Assembly (NCBI RefSeq): GCF_009914755.1 | Contig: NC_060933.1 | DNA: 64,000 nucleotides | Reading direction: 5' to 3' (one strand) | From: the human T2T-CHM13v2.0 reference genome, Homo sapiens | Part shown: piece after piece, positions 13,073 to 29,270 of the stretch | Position numbering within the stretch: the stretch's first letter is position 1 | How the letters are laid out: the number at the start of each line of letters is the position of its first letter | Made by a program: the position numbers and the translations under genes | The notes under the pieces: generated by a model | Database searches by the model: none | What the model was told of the DNA's origin: nothing | The model's input: the letters and a program-made list of their open reading frames with translations, nothing else

Positions 13073-15843
13073 GGCCAGGCGGGATAGACACCTTTGTACA
13101 CTGCATTCTATCACATCCCTCTGTTTATTTCTATTTTATCATACCATGTGTTTTAAAATTAATTGATCCATTTGTTCATTGCCTGCCTTCTCTACTCAAG
13201 AAGTAGAGTTATCTCTTGAGGGCAAATACATTACCTATCAGAGAACAATGTGTACTTAGTAAGTACTGATTGAATAAATGAAGGGTGAATGAATGAGTTA
13301 GGTCTCTAATATGAACTCTACATCACTTGCCATCAAAATTAGGATGTCCAAAGCTTACTGTACAGAGTAAGGGGTCATTTTACAAAGTAGCTACATCTGT
13401 AGTATGTGGAAGGAATAAATGAACACTAGAATCCAGTTCTCATTCTGAAAGTAGAAATAGAATATGGTCTCAAATTGTAATATCAGATCCATTATAATTT
13501 CCAAGTAAGTTTTCCAAAGGAAAAAAAGTTAAATGTTTTATTCTAATTAGTAAAGTAACAGATGTGTTATTGTGGAAAATGTGGGCAATACAAAAGCTAT
13601 AAATAAGAAGATAAAATTTATCCATTACCAAAACACAGAGAATGACGACCACTGTTAGTATATTATGATATGTTAATTCTCAACTTTTTTCCCATTTCTA
13701 TTTTCTAAATAATTGAATCATACTGCTTCTATAGGGTGTTTTTTTCCTTCAGAATCATATAAAGTTTTTGAGGTCATCAAAATCCTTTAGGAATATCATT
13801 TTTAAAGGACTACTTTTTAGTTCTTTAAAATTAAATTCAGTTGCAACATTATTATTTAAGCCTACTACCATGATAATTATATTGTTTCCATTTTTTGTGA
13901 TTACAATTTCAAGTAAGTCTTTCTTATAATCAGATTTATTAATGATTATTCTTTTAAACGCTCAGATGATCTAATTTGTTAATCATATGCCTCATTTGTC
14001 AGTTAGATCAAATCACTCCCTTTCATTAAAGTCTTTTATCAGAAATAATACAGTAGAAAAAAATCGCTAAGCTAAAAGTAAGGCATTCTGGGTTAGAATC
14101 CAGGTTGCCAACTTACTAGATGTAGTCTTGGGAAAGTAATGTGCTATTCTACCTGGGGCCTCAGTTTCTTTGATTGTAAAATGGAATGATTGAACTAGAT
14201 AATCTTTGAAAACGCTTTTCACTGTGGTATCCTACGCTATTATGACTGCTTCTTACTTTCTCCCAGAAACAAGCTTCATGGGCTCAATTTCAGGCCTCTT
14301 TGACATTCTGAGTTAACTACAAATCTTCTCTGATTTCCTGTATTTCTGATTTAATTTCTGACCCTTTATCCAATTTTGGCTGGTCCTTAATCTTCTTATC
14401 TAGGTCTTACTATTGTTCCTTCTTTCACTGCTATCCATTAAACTGAAATGAACCCTCTCTTCTTGATCTTTTACCCACTCAGTACCTAATTCTTCTTTAA
14501 TCTTTTCTCAACATTTAATGTTATTTTTTTCTGCAAAACTGTTTGATGTTCAGTGCTCACAAAGATTGTTCAACTTTCTGCTTTCTCTTTTTCTGCAAAA
14601 ATAAATGCAAACAAAAAGTTGGGTAAAAGAATGAAGGGAAGTAAAGTTAAACCAAGTAACATGATATAGCACACATCTGGCGTTTTTAATACATTTTGTC
14701 TGTAACAGACTCTATGTGGTATGGGGATTGGGAGTGAGGGTGTGGGAAGGGGCAGGATATGCTGAGGACAGCCTGAAAGGCCAAAGAGTATTTCAGTCAG
14801 TGAGGAAGGTTAATTGAGGCCCATGCATCACATTACTCTTAATCTTCTAATAAAAATGATGATAGTAGTCGGTAATTGGTAACATTTTAAATTGCTTTTT
14901 ATGTGGCAGGTGTTATACTAAGTGCATGAACATACAATGTCTTCCTAAATCCTCAGAAACCCCTGTGAGGTGGAAATTATTATTACCTCCAATTGGTAGA
15001 TGGGGAAACTGGTATTAAAATCATTTTACTATATTATAACAAATTTACAGTAAATATATAAAATCCTAGGAGTGTAGTTAGCATAATGGCAGATTTGGGT
15101 TATACTGTGTATCAGAATGTTTTATGTTTCAAGTCGTCTCAACTAGGATTTATGCAAAATCAGAGCCTGAGGAAAGGATTTAGCAAGATGATTCCAGGAA
15201 TCGGAAGTGAGGAAAGTGAGAGAGAGAAAGAGGGAGAGCAAAATAAGGGTCATGGAGACCACCACTGCAGGCATCTCCAGAGAGTAGTCTGTCTCTGTCT
15301 CTCAAGATCAAATCCCCTGGAAGTGCAAAGACTGGCATTCATTCTTTAGTTACATACTATCTTTTCTGAAAATGGGTTTTCAGAAAATAAAAATTTGGGG
15401 ATGTTGATAGGCAAGATAAGGGCTCACTTCCTTTTTTTATGCTCCACTATACTTGCTTCAAAGACGTTGCATTTTTTACACATTGAAGGTTTGTGGTAAC
15501 TCTATGCCTAACAAATCTATAGGACCCATTTTTTTCAATAGCATCTGCTAACCTCATGTCTCTTGCTCACGTTTTGGCCATTCGTACAATATTTCAAACT
15601 TTTCCATTATTACTGTAATGATTCTGCTGATCTGTGATCAGTGATCTTTGTGGTTACTACTGTAATTGTTTCAAGGAAGCATGAATTGTGCCCATACAAG
15701 ACGCTGAATGTAATCAATCAAGGTTGTGTGTATTTTGACTGCTCCACTGACCTGCCATTACCCTGTGTCTCTCCGTTTCTTCAGACCTTCCTATCCCCTG
15801 AAACACAACAATAATGAAGTTAGGCCAATTAATAACCTACAAA

Positions 15844-16168
<325 letters not shown>

Positions 16169-16807
16169 TCAAGTGAAAAAGTAAGAGTCTTACATTCTCT
16201 CACTTTAAATCAAGAGCTAGAAATGACTAATAAGGAAGGCACGTTAAAAGCTGAGTTAGGCTTTTATGCCAGAGTTAGCCAAATTTTGAATAAAAAGGAA
16301 AAGTTATTTAAGGAAATTAAAAGTGCAACTCCAGTAAACACATGTACAATAAGAAAGCAAAACAGCCTTACTGCTGATGTGGAGAAAATCTAAGTGGTCT
16401 GGACAGATGATTAAACCAGCCACAACAAAACCTAATCCAGAGCAAGGCCCTAAGTCTCATCAACTCTATGAAGGCTAAGAGAAGTCAGCTACAGAATGAA
16501 GTTTGAAGCCAGCAAAGGTGGGTTCATAAGATTTAAAGAATGAAACCATCTCCATAATGTAAAATGCAAGGTGAAGCAGCAAGTACTGATGTAGAAGCTG
16601 TAAGTTTTCCAGAAGATCTAGCCAAGATCATTAATGATGGTGGCTACACTAAACAACACATTTTCATTACAAACAAAACAGCCTTCTGGAAGAAGATGCC
16701 ATCTAGGACTTTCATAGCTAGAAAAGAGAAGTTGATACCCGGCTTTAAGATGTCAAGGGACAGGCTGACTCTTGTTAAGGGCTAATGTAGCTGGTGACTT
16801 TTTTAAT

Positions 16808-17225
16808 TGTGAAAGGAAAATAAAATCTTGAGACCCCAATTCATTATGCCAAAAGGAAAAATTAAGCTGAAAGCTGAGCCGTGCAAGTAACTGCCTTTCC
16901 TTTTGTTCCTAAGCAGGTAGGCAAAGGTAAAAGGCCAGATATTGCCACAGGTAGCTACTCTGTGTTCACTTACATAATTTACTATTCTGCCTACCTGAAT
17001 CCTTACAAGATATGGATTCAGTAATGCAACTGTACTGTACCTCTTTCCCTTCCAGCCTGCTTTCCCCCTTTAAATATTGAAGCCCTCAAAATCATCTTTG
17101 GAAAAGGCATGGACCATAGATTGTTCCTGTGGTTCTGTGTTCTTTTTTCCTGGGCATGTCCTTATCCATGGAAAAATAAACTTCTAAATTGATCGAGACC
17201 TGTCTCAGATACTTTTCAGTTTACA
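16808..17225 (+). mobile_element. MER4-group ERV1 solo LTR
   Basis: TG...CA ends; start tgtgaaaggaaaataaaatcttgagacccc typical of MER4; aataaa near 3' end; Tigger1 resumes after it. Confidence 0.8.
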
Positions 17226-17287
17226 TGTTGAAGCTAATGTTCATTTACAATTCTGAAAATTCTGGGACCCTTAAGAATTATGCTAAA

Positions 17288-17456
17288 GTTGAGTCTGAAT
17301 TTGGGCAGCTCATCACCTTCCTGCATCATTTGTGCCTCTTCTATAAGGTAAGAAACTTTTCCAGGCTGAGGATCTGAGCTCCTACCAGCCCCTAGTTCTC
17401 AGAGTTCTTAGATCACTGTGGGTCTCATCTCCCTCTTTTCTAACTCTGATCCAGTC
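17288..17456 (-). repeat. Inverted copy of 19683-19788 + ~21265-21320 inserted in Tigger1
   Basis: Reverse complement aligns gap-free to 19683-19788 (hand count 10 mismatches in 106 nt) and continues into 21265-21320. Confidence 0.9.
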
Positions 17457-18014
17457 GCTGCATGTGCTTTTTAAATGGAATAACAATGCCTGGATGACAG
17501 CACATCTGTTTACAGCATGGTTTACTAAATATTTTTAGCCTACTGTTGAGACCTACTGCTCAGGAAGAAGGATTCCTCTCAAAATATTCTTTCTCATAGA
17601 CAGTATACCTGGTCACCCAGGAACTCTGATGAAGATGGACAAGGAAATTTACGTGGCTTATTTTTTAATGTCTGCTAACACAACATCCATTCTGTAGCCC
17701 ACAGATCAAAGAGTAATTTCAACTCTCAAGTTTTATAATTATAAAAATGCATTGCATAAGGCTATAGCTGTCATAGACAGTGACCCCTCTGGTGGACCTG
17801 GGCAAAGTAAATTGAAAACCTTCTGGAAAGGATTCACCATTCTAGATGCCAGAGAGAACATTTTTGATTCATGGGAGGAGGAGGTCAAAATATCAACATT
17901 AACAGAAGTTTGAAAGAAGTTGATTCTGACCCTCATGAATGACTTGAGGGGTACAAGGCTTTAGTGGAGGAAGACACTGCAGATGTGGTGGAAATAGCAA
18001 GAGAACTAGAATTA

Positions 18015-18432
<418 letters not shown>

Positions 18433-19789
18433 TCAAGGTGAAATTTACTTGTGATGAAGATGCTGTGAATATTTTTGAAATTATCACAAAGGATCTAGAT
18501 TATTACAAAAACTTAGTTGATAAAGCAGTGACAGGATTTGAAAGGATTGAGTCCAATTTTGAAAGAAGTTCTGCAGGTAAAATGCTATCAAACAGTATCA
18601 CATGCTACAGAAAAATCTTTCATGAAAGGAGGAGTCAATCAATGTTGCAAACTTTGTTATTTTCTTATATTAAGAAATTGCCACAGCCACCTCAGCCTTT
18701 AGCAACTACCACCCTGATCAGCCAGCAGCTGTCAGCATGGAAGCACGATCCTTCACCAACAAAGAGATTACCACTCACTGAAGGTTCAGATGATCATTAA
18801 CATTTTCTAGCAATAAGAGTTTTTTAAATTAATATATACACATTTTAGGATAACGCACACTTAATAGACTACAGTATTATGTAAAAATAACTTTAGTACA
18901 CACAAGGAGACCAAAAAAATCGTATGTCTCACTTTATTGGGCTATTTGCTTTATTACCATGGTCTGGAACTGAACTTGCAGTACCTCCAAGGTATGCCTG
19001 TATAACAGAAAAAGTGGCCAAATCAAATATGTTTGGGAAACACTACAAGTAAAATAATAGAGATTAAAAGTATATGCTACTCTCAGAGGTCCTAAACGTT
19101 TCTATAGAAGTACGTTTAGCTGTTTTCAAACCACTGTTTAAGTTTTATTTAGACAAACAGGCTAGTATATCTCTTAGGAAACCAGCTTGGAAAACACGTC
19201 AGGAAGCTATTACTAACCACCACTGAGAGAACAAGAATTACTCCACCAGTTAGGAGCCAATAGGATGGGTCAAAGGATAGTTTACCATGATTAGATGGGA
19301 AGAACTAAGCTGATAGCCCTCAAATCAATGCTGCAGTGAAGATCTGGTGCGTGACGGGACAGAGCAGGGAAGTAGGGTGGGTGGCTTGTGCTGGAGGGTT
19401 TCCCTCCATAAGGGCCCTGCCTGGTTCACTGTTAAATCCCCAGGGCCTACATTGTACCAGGCACAGAATGGATGATCCAGCAATGGATTACTGAGGCAAG
19501 TTGCTTCCCATCTCTGTGCCCAGAGAACCCAGGAGAGGATCCTGGATTGAGCCAATTGTCCCTCCTTCTGTCTGGGGAAGCTCCTTGCTGGTCTTAACTG
19601 GAAAGGTCTCCCATATCACACAGACATAGCTTCAGCCTGGTGGTGTATTCCTGGGAGGGTGGCAGGGAGCTCAGAACTCCAGGACTGGAGGAGAATTAGA
19701 AAGGAGGGAGATGAGACCCACAGTGATCTAATAACTCTGAGAACTAGGGGCTGGAGGGAGCTCAAATCCTCAGCCTTGAAAAGTCTCTC

Positions 19790-21254
<1,465 letters not shown>

Positions 21255-23254
21255 TTAATATATATATAGAAGAGACACAAAGAATGCAGGTGATGAGCTG
21301 CCAAAATTCACAGACTGCACTCTCTGCTTCTAATATTAATTGGAGTCTGGGTGTGGTACTTGAGTTTTAAAAATACCTTTGGATCCCTTGCAATGCCAGA
21401 TTCTTCAAATAGATAATGAAAAGGGATGGTATAATCAGAGCACTGGACATGAAGCTCAACAAGGAGCTTGAGCAGGCAGGAACTATGAAAGGTACAAGGC
21501 ACTGAGTGTTGCCCATGTAGGAAGGAGGAAGGGAATGGACAGAGATGTGTTGTATCTTTTGTACCAGGTACTTTCCCTTCACCATCCCATCTGTTCTTCA
21601 TCACAATGGTAGGAAATGATCATCACTCCCATTTCATAGTTGGGGAGATCTGAGTCCTGAGAAACTAAGTAACCATGGTAGGATACCACACACAGCACCT
21701 GGCTAGGTACTGGAACCTAATGCTATCCGAATTAAGCACCTGTCCTCTGTTTTGGATACCCATTGTCTATAGGAGTTAATGCCTGGCATCATTTTCTCTT
21801 GGGGAAAGGTCACTTCCACCTCTCCTTCATGTTATCAGACACATGGTGTCTGATCAGACATAAGAACCATGAAATTTGTTGAAAGTTTGGCCTGTTGGGC
21901 AGCTGTTTGGGGATCACTGGAGCTAAGAAGTATTTGTAGCAGACAGTGAATCCATGGGAAAGCTTTTTAAATAGTTTGTGGAGCTTTTTCTAAGTCTGGA
22001 CGGTGTGCACTGATCCACTGCCATTATGGCTCTGTGCTGGATGCCCCATCTGTGAATCTCTTCTTCCTAGGCCAATCATTTGTTAAATACTGCTCCCTGA
22101 GAAATCAGCACTTTTCCAAAACCCAGAAAGAAAGAAAGTCTTGAATAAATAAGGGTAAAATATGTCATAATTTTTCAAACTAGCTTCCATATTAAAATTT
22201 ACCTGATTTATTTTCATTCCTGGATGAAGAGAGGCATGAATGTTTCACAGCTGCTACCCAAATGTTCCAGAAATACCACTCAGGGCCAGAATTCCAGCAT
22301 CTCCCTGATCAAAATTTGAACAAGTTGGTTGATCAAAAATCCCAAATAAATTTGTGGTTTACTTTTTTCTCAGAGAAACTGGGTTTCAGAGAAAGAGAGA
22401 TATGATTTCAAATTCCAGGTATGCTTTTGACTAGTTGTGTGACTTTGGGTGAGTTAATTAAATTCTCTGCTTTGTCAAAGCAAGATGGGGATAAAATGGT
22501 AATGATCATATTTGCACAACAGTATATTCTTCTGAAGGTGAAATAAGCAATGTGTAACTATTTTTAGCAAATTTCTTTATCACCAACAGGTACTCAAATA
22601 TTGGCTTTCATTCTATTTTCTCCAATCTCAGCTCACTTATCCTGGTAGAGAATCTAGAAAGTAGATAGCAGACTATAAAAATTACATGTTGTTAAACAGT
22701 AACAATCAACAGCTCTAGATCTTTACTGTGCTAGAGTTTTGGCAAAAGAGTTAGCATGTAACTCCTAGATTTGGAATAAACAACTATAGTGAAGTAAAAA
22801 TCCAACTCAAACACTCAGATCCTGTTTGTTTCTGGGAGAAAATTGTGTCTTATTTTATACCAACTACTGTGCTATTCTCTCCAGAAAATGATTGGTTGAA
22901 TTAGGTGGCCAGGGAGTAAGAACTGAATAGATCCAGGAAAACAGCTGTGTCTGGTTGGTGGCAGCACGCTTCCAGCTCTTGCTGATTCATTTCTCTGGCA
23001 GTTTTTACTTAACAGAACCATCCATAATGCATGGCTGCAGGACTATATAGAAGGCAAATCACCCAAACGGTGAGCATTACAAGCATTGCACATTTCCTTT
23101 TCCAATTCTGGGAAACTGCATGAGGAGCTACCTATAATTTTTCTAGCAGGAGCATGAAAGCAAGAGAATTGTAGCTATTCAAACAAACATGGAAAAGTGG
23201 GGATGACTGATGTGCGTTTTAGGGACATCTTCACCATCCTTCCAATAAGAATTA

Positions 23255-24130
23255 GTTATTCATTTAGTCTGCAAACATTGGCTGAACTTCTATGTGTCAG
23301 GCACAAGGCTAAGTACTGGGTATTCAGAGGGCAGCTAGAGTCCCATGATTCCTACTCTCACAGAGCTTGCAGCCTAATGAATCTAATAAACACATCACTA
23401 AATAAATGAATATGTATTTTCAATTTAACAAAAATGCTGTGAGGATAGAAAACAGTGAGAATGTACTTAGAGGTGCAAGCAAAGTTCTGCCTGTAGAGTT
23501 CACATTTGAGCTGAGCCTACAAGATGAGGAGTCAGCTTTATAAAAAAGCTAAGACAAGGACACCCTGTCAAAAGCATGTGCACAGTCTCTGGAAGGTAAA
23601 AAGCTTGGCTTGCTCTGGAAACTAAAAGGAAGCCAATGAGACTAAAGCAAAGCAAACAAGGGAAAGTTGCATAAAAGGGAAGTTGGGGGAGAAAATTGGG
23701 GGGTGGGTAGGGATGTACAGAACGTAGCTTTTATTCTAAAGTCCAAATGAAACCACCTAGAGGTTTGACTCAGGGGAAAGGCATAATCAGATTTACAACT
23801 TAGAATGATCACTCTAGTTGCCTGATGGAGAAAGACCTGTGTAGGGAGGGCAAAAGAAGATCCGCAGCTAATTAGTAGACATTTTAATATTCCAGGCATA
23901 GAATGACGGTGGGGGTTGGCAAGGGTGGGAGGGAGGTAGGAACATGATGCCAGCAGTGACATTACTGGTGAAAAGAAGAGTGAGGGATACCCAGTGGAGC
24001 TGGAATTGACTTGGGGGGTGTGAGGGTGACTAAGAGAGTTTAAATGGACTGGATGTATGGGATGCCACTTACTGGGATGGGAAATACTGGGGGAGAAGCA
24101 GAGGACAATTCAAACTTTCTCTGGGGTCCT
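23255..24130 (-). mobile_element. L2 LINE fragment
   Basis: attcattta...aaacattggctgaac..ctatgtgtcaggcac 3' end pattern and downstream L2-like blocks; boundaries approximate. Confidence 0.6.
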
Positions 24131-24390
24131 TGAGAAACTTTACTTATCTTTATAGAATGAAACACACTACACTTTGCTTTATTGTCTACCTGACTGCCTT
24201 CCTTGCCAACTCTTGAGCCCCTTTGGGAAAGAAGCACAGGAATTGACAGCAGGGGCTTTTAAGTCACAGAGAACAGCTGAAATCTATACTCTGTCACTTG
24301 CAGAGTTTACTTAACCTTATAGAGCCTAGGTTTCTCATTTTGTAAATAGATTCTGAGAACACCTATCTTAAGGGTCATTGAATTAAACAA

Positions 24391-24462
24391 AATGTTACAG
24401 AACATGTCCAGTGCTAGTATGCAATCAACGTTACAGAACATGTGCAGTGCTAGTATGCAATC
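24391..24462. repeat. 36-bp tandem duplication (2 copies) inside a MIR
   Basis: aatgttacagaacatgtccagtgctagtatgcaatc / aacgttacagaacatgtgcagtgctagtatgcaatc, 2 mismatches. Confidence 0.95.
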
Positions 24463-25221
24463 AATGAATGTTGGCTGTTTTTATCAGTAGAATCTTCCGT
24501 AGTCCTGGTCCATAATAGACAATGGGGAAGAATGTGCAGAATAAATGAATGAATGAATTGAAAGTCACTTAGGTGCTCACTGAACAAATGAGTAAATCAG
24601 TCCCAGATTCTAATCCTAAGCCAACTATTAACCAACTAATTACGGTTGGTTTTAACCTTCCCAGATTAAGCATAAGCTGGGTTTCCTCATCTGTAAAATA
24701 AGGCAGAGGTGTGTGAAGGATGGGCATAAGTGTGTTAGACCTAGTGGTTTCTTAAGAAGCTTCTAAATGTAAACTTCTAATAGTCATAGGGTTTTTTTTA
24801 ATACACTTATTCAATAAACTATTAAAGGGTAATTAATAATTCATTAAATTATTTGCTTTTCATTTGATGCTTATAACACTGGACTGGTGGCTTGCTAACA
24901 CTATTCTTAGTTTATAGGTGAGAAAATTGAGGTTAAATGGCATGTCCATGGTCAGTATTTGAATTCAAGCCTTATACACAAATTATGATCCTTTTTCCAC
25001 CACTCTCCATGGCTTCTTGGACTAGGTGGTAATCTTCAGATGCAAACAAGAATAATTTATTTCAACAGCCATATTGAAACCAACCACTTATAAATGTTGA
25101 GTCATCCTCAGCTTAATATCTATTCTAGAAAAGAATACAAATGGAGTTTCAGAGCTATGAGAACTGCAACAGGCAAGCAACACTTCCAGCATGCACTTAC
25201 TTAGTTCTTCATATTTCTATT

Positions 25222-25510
25222 ATGCTGTTTAATGGAAACATAATGTAAGCTCATATGTTATTTTAAATTTTTAGTAGTCACATTAAATAATTAAAAAGAA
25301 ACAGATGAAATTAATTTTAATATTACATTTTACTTAACCCCATATATCCAAAAATAATTTTAATATGAAACCAATGTAAACATTATTTAGATATTTTTAC
25401 AGTCTTTCTCATTCCAAGTCTTCAAAATCCACTGTGTATTTTACATTTATAGCACATTCCAATTCAGCCTAGCTACAAGTGGCTGTTGGCTACTATGTTG
25501 AACAGCACAG
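25222..25510. mobile_element. MER33-like hAT-Charlie element
   Basis: gtagtcacattaaa...gaaattaattttaata...aagtcttcaaaatccactgtgtattttaca...gtggctgttggctactatgttgaacagcacag. Confidence 0.7.
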
Positions 25511-28164
25511 AATATACAAGTAGTAAAATCACACAATTTTGTATTTCCCTGAAGATTAATGCTCAGATAAGAGAATGGTGTCATAGTGTTACAGAATGGT
25601 TGGGTTGTAAGACGCATCATTTAATGGATTAAAAATATGGCTGTATTTCTTAAAAAGATCAATCCAGTTAGTCAAACTTCGTGTTTTAATTGAGGTAGAA
25701 TGCATTACACGAAGAACATCTTCATTTAGAAAATATTTAAAACATTAGGAACATAGCACTGTGTATAATAACTCTCAGCATAGGTATCTCCCTGCAAAAA
25801 AGATCCATAGACATACTCATATATATATATATATATCTGTATATACATCCGAAAGAATTTCCAGGAAACTGGTCTCAGTGGCTGACTTTGGAAAAGAAGA
25901 CAGGTCTAACGAATTGGAATGCAGAGTTTTTTTAAATTAAATGTGCTTTTATACTGTTTGAAATTTTTACCAGAATTTTCAACAGAAAAGAGTTATAAGA
26001 AGTTACTTTTTCAATATAATAATTATGATATAACAAAACTACATATTTAGCAAAAATAACTATCAAAAAACATAAACATGCATCAGAGAGAAGGAAAATT
26101 CCATTGGCTTTTCACTTTTTATTTTTCTCAGTAGGGCCCTTTGATCAGACAGAAAGCTAGAAATTGCAGTGGCATGTTATCCAAGGTTACAATCAACATA
26201 TAAACCCAAGAAGGGTTCACCATATCACTGTAGCACTGTAGCATAGGAGACAGACACAGTGTGTCTAAAAGTTCCTGTGGATTTGATGGGATTTGCAGCC
26301 CTACATCACCCATGGGCTCAGGCTGTCGAGCAACCAGAGAAAATCAATAAAGACGCCTTACTTATACTCAGAATGGCCGAGCATGTTTGATGTGTTCCTG
26401 GCCACCTGGCCCGAATCATATTTTGGCAGATTGTGATCATGTCATTCCACTGGCTCTAGATTGATCAAATCCTTTCTTTTTTGGGAGTGACATGGTTTGG
26501 TGTAGTGTTTATTTCCCAAAGTGAATCTACTAAACACTGATTCCAGGAGGTACTCTTTTAAAAATTAATAGAAGTTTTTGCTCTCCTTACCTGTTACTGT
26601 CTTGGAAAATGAAAAATCAACAACATTATATTCATGACACAGAGAAGTACTATACAGAGTACATCCCCTTTATGTTGTTTAGTACGGTATTTGCCAAGCC
26701 TGTGGGATCAAGCAACTTTCAGTTTCTTTGGGACACTCTGAATTGGCATACCTGGGCATACCTTGGGAAACTCCAATGTGATTATAAATGTACCTTGCCC
26801 TACCACTTACCATTTATGTGGTCTTGGCCCAGTGACTTAATTTTCTTAAGCCTCCTTTTAAAAATAGGGATAATACATCTATCTCAGAAATGAGGATGAA
26901 ATTAGTTTAACAAAATTGTCTATGAAGGGCCTCCATGATGGCCAGCACATGAGAGGCACAAAAAAGAAGCTCAGTTGTCATGAATTCTATTCTTTTACAC
27001 ACTCCTGCCCTTCTCTGTTCCTCCTTGTCATTAGGCAAACTCTCACAGATAGGATGTGATCTATAGAAAGGAATAATGCTACTTAGAAATATAACTATTA
27101 GAAAATGGGAAGACCTTTTTTCTTTACTATGGCACGCATTCCAGTAAGGCTAAGATATTAAGGGGTGTGGATAAAGCAGAAAATGAAAACGGATGAAAAA
27201 ATATCAACTACTTATGTACATGTTGCTTTAATTAGGTTTTCAGCACAAATGAATATTTTGTCCTATAGAGAGAAATTCTTTAAAGTAGGTCCAGGAACTA
27301 TTTGTTGCTGAAGGATGGTGGAGAAGCAAAGAACAATCTTCGATCCCCAGTGTCTCAACTTTGCTTTTCTCTCTCTTATCTAGAAGGGTCCTGCCTGAGT
27401 TTTCCTGTGAATGGAAAGTTCTGTTGCTAAAAAAAAACTATTTTGAGAACCCAATATCAAGTAAGAAAGTATTATAAATTTTAGGGTCTGTATATATTCA
27501 TACATTCATTCAATCATTCAACAAACTCTTTTAGTGTCTACCATACACAATGGTGAGCAAAATAAATTAATCAATTACTTAATCTGCCATAAGAAGTTAG
27601 GAGCTAAGAATTAAAGATGTATCAGTCACTGTCTTAGCATTTTTTAAGTTCAGACTGGAAACTGCCCCAAGTCAACTAATGTTTGACAGACATTTAGCAA
27701 GATCCTGTTATGCATAAGGTAATAGGTAAAGCAACATCACAGGTAGGTGCTGGAAATGCAACAGTGAATAGCAACTCTGCTCGCAGAAAATCACAAATCA
27801 ATACTTTGCTTCTTGGTCTCAAGGATGGTGGAGTTTTGACCTCCTCTTATGCTTCCACTTGTAGTGAGGGAGGAAATATCAAGTGGGACTCATCTTCCAT
27901 ATTTCTTATTATCCCCCCTTCCCCAAAAACAACAACAACAAATTCCTTCTATACAGTTTAAGGAAACTCCATGAAGAAAAATAATGGCAATATAATAGTT
28001 CTTGGGTGGCTAAATCACAACTCATGGACTGGTTGTAGACCCAGGAGGACTATTCAGTATCAACCTCATTCCTAAGAGTGGAACAATATTTCAAGTGCAA
28101 AGCCTTCTTGGAGGGGAAGCTACAAGTTTTTATTTATAATATCTGTACTTTAATGCAGAATTCT

Positions 28165-28352
28165 TAGAGCAGAGCTTCTTATAATGTGGTTCATGGGTCA
28201 CCTATATTAGAGCCACCTGGGGAGCTTGTTAAAAATGCAGATTCCTGAGTTTTATCCCAGACCTTCATAATGAGAACCTGCAGACTCTAGAATTCAGAAA
28301 TTATAATAAGGACCCTAGGTGAGTCTCAGGCACACTAATGCTTCAGAAACAA
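28165..28352. mobile_element. MER5-family hAT element
   Basis: cacctggggagcttgttaaaaatgcagattcctg core. Confidence 0.7.
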
Positions 28353-28529
28353 CATTTCAGAAATATTTTAATGGGTAACCAATCTAACTTTGTAATGTAT
28401 GTATTCATTCATTGTGTTATGAGTAGGCAATATTAATGAACTCCACCTAAAAAAAAAAGAAAAAGAAAACCTCATCAATATACTGTTAACCAGTATATTT
28501 AGTTCCATTTCAAACTAAAAGTGCCACCT

Positions 28530-29270
28530 ACTAAAGAGTTTCTCTCTACATCTCTACATACCAGTATTCTATTCTAACCAAAATGAAAGTGACTGCTTGA
28601 TAACAAACATTCTTGTTTCCCCTTGTTAAAACAGTCCAGGCATTCAATAAAGTTAACAAAACAACAGCTGTGTCTGGACACCCAGCAACCCCACCCTCGA
28701 ATTCCTCCTGAAGCATCCAGGAAGTCTTTGGGGGTACCTCACATGTGTCCTCATGTGGTTCCTATGTGACCTCTTCTCCCTCAGATTTGCAGTACTATTG
28801 TTCTGACACTGTCACTGGTGCATTTGGGGACTTCTACCCCTCTACTACTGATAGAGGCAGCTCTCCAGGATGCTGCAGTTTTCTGCTCTCAACTTCCCAA
28901 ACCCAGAGCTCAATTTGGTTCCCCTTTCATGCTTCAGGTTCCAACAGTCCACCCTGCAAGCGGGGAATCCTTTCTCTTGCTAGCCTTGTGTTGTCCTCTG
29001 CATCTGAGGCTTTCAACAGGTCCGCCTTTTACCCTCCATGTCTTGTGAGAGAGTGAAATGTGGTTCTCATTTGGTCATATCTTCCTGTCCAAAGAAATTG
29101 GTTACAAGTCATTCAGGGTAGAGTTGAGGACGTTGGGCAGGAGGCTGATGACACTGCAGTTGATCATTGTTCTTACAAAGGTCCTTCAACCTCCTGTGAA
29201 GCTTGTTGACCTCCACATACTCGCTGATAGGCTAAGGGTACTTTTTTTTTTTCTATAGGAGTTTTAAAGG
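28530..29270 (-). pseudogene. Possible decayed processed pseudogene, parent unidentified
   Basis: Not repeat-like; minus strand reads as broken coding-like text (ISEYVEVNKLHRRLKDLCKNNDQLQCHQ; ADLLKASDAEDNTRLARERIPRLQGGLLEPE) followed by a UTR-like AT-richer tail; no poly(A) tail seen. Confidence 0.3.
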
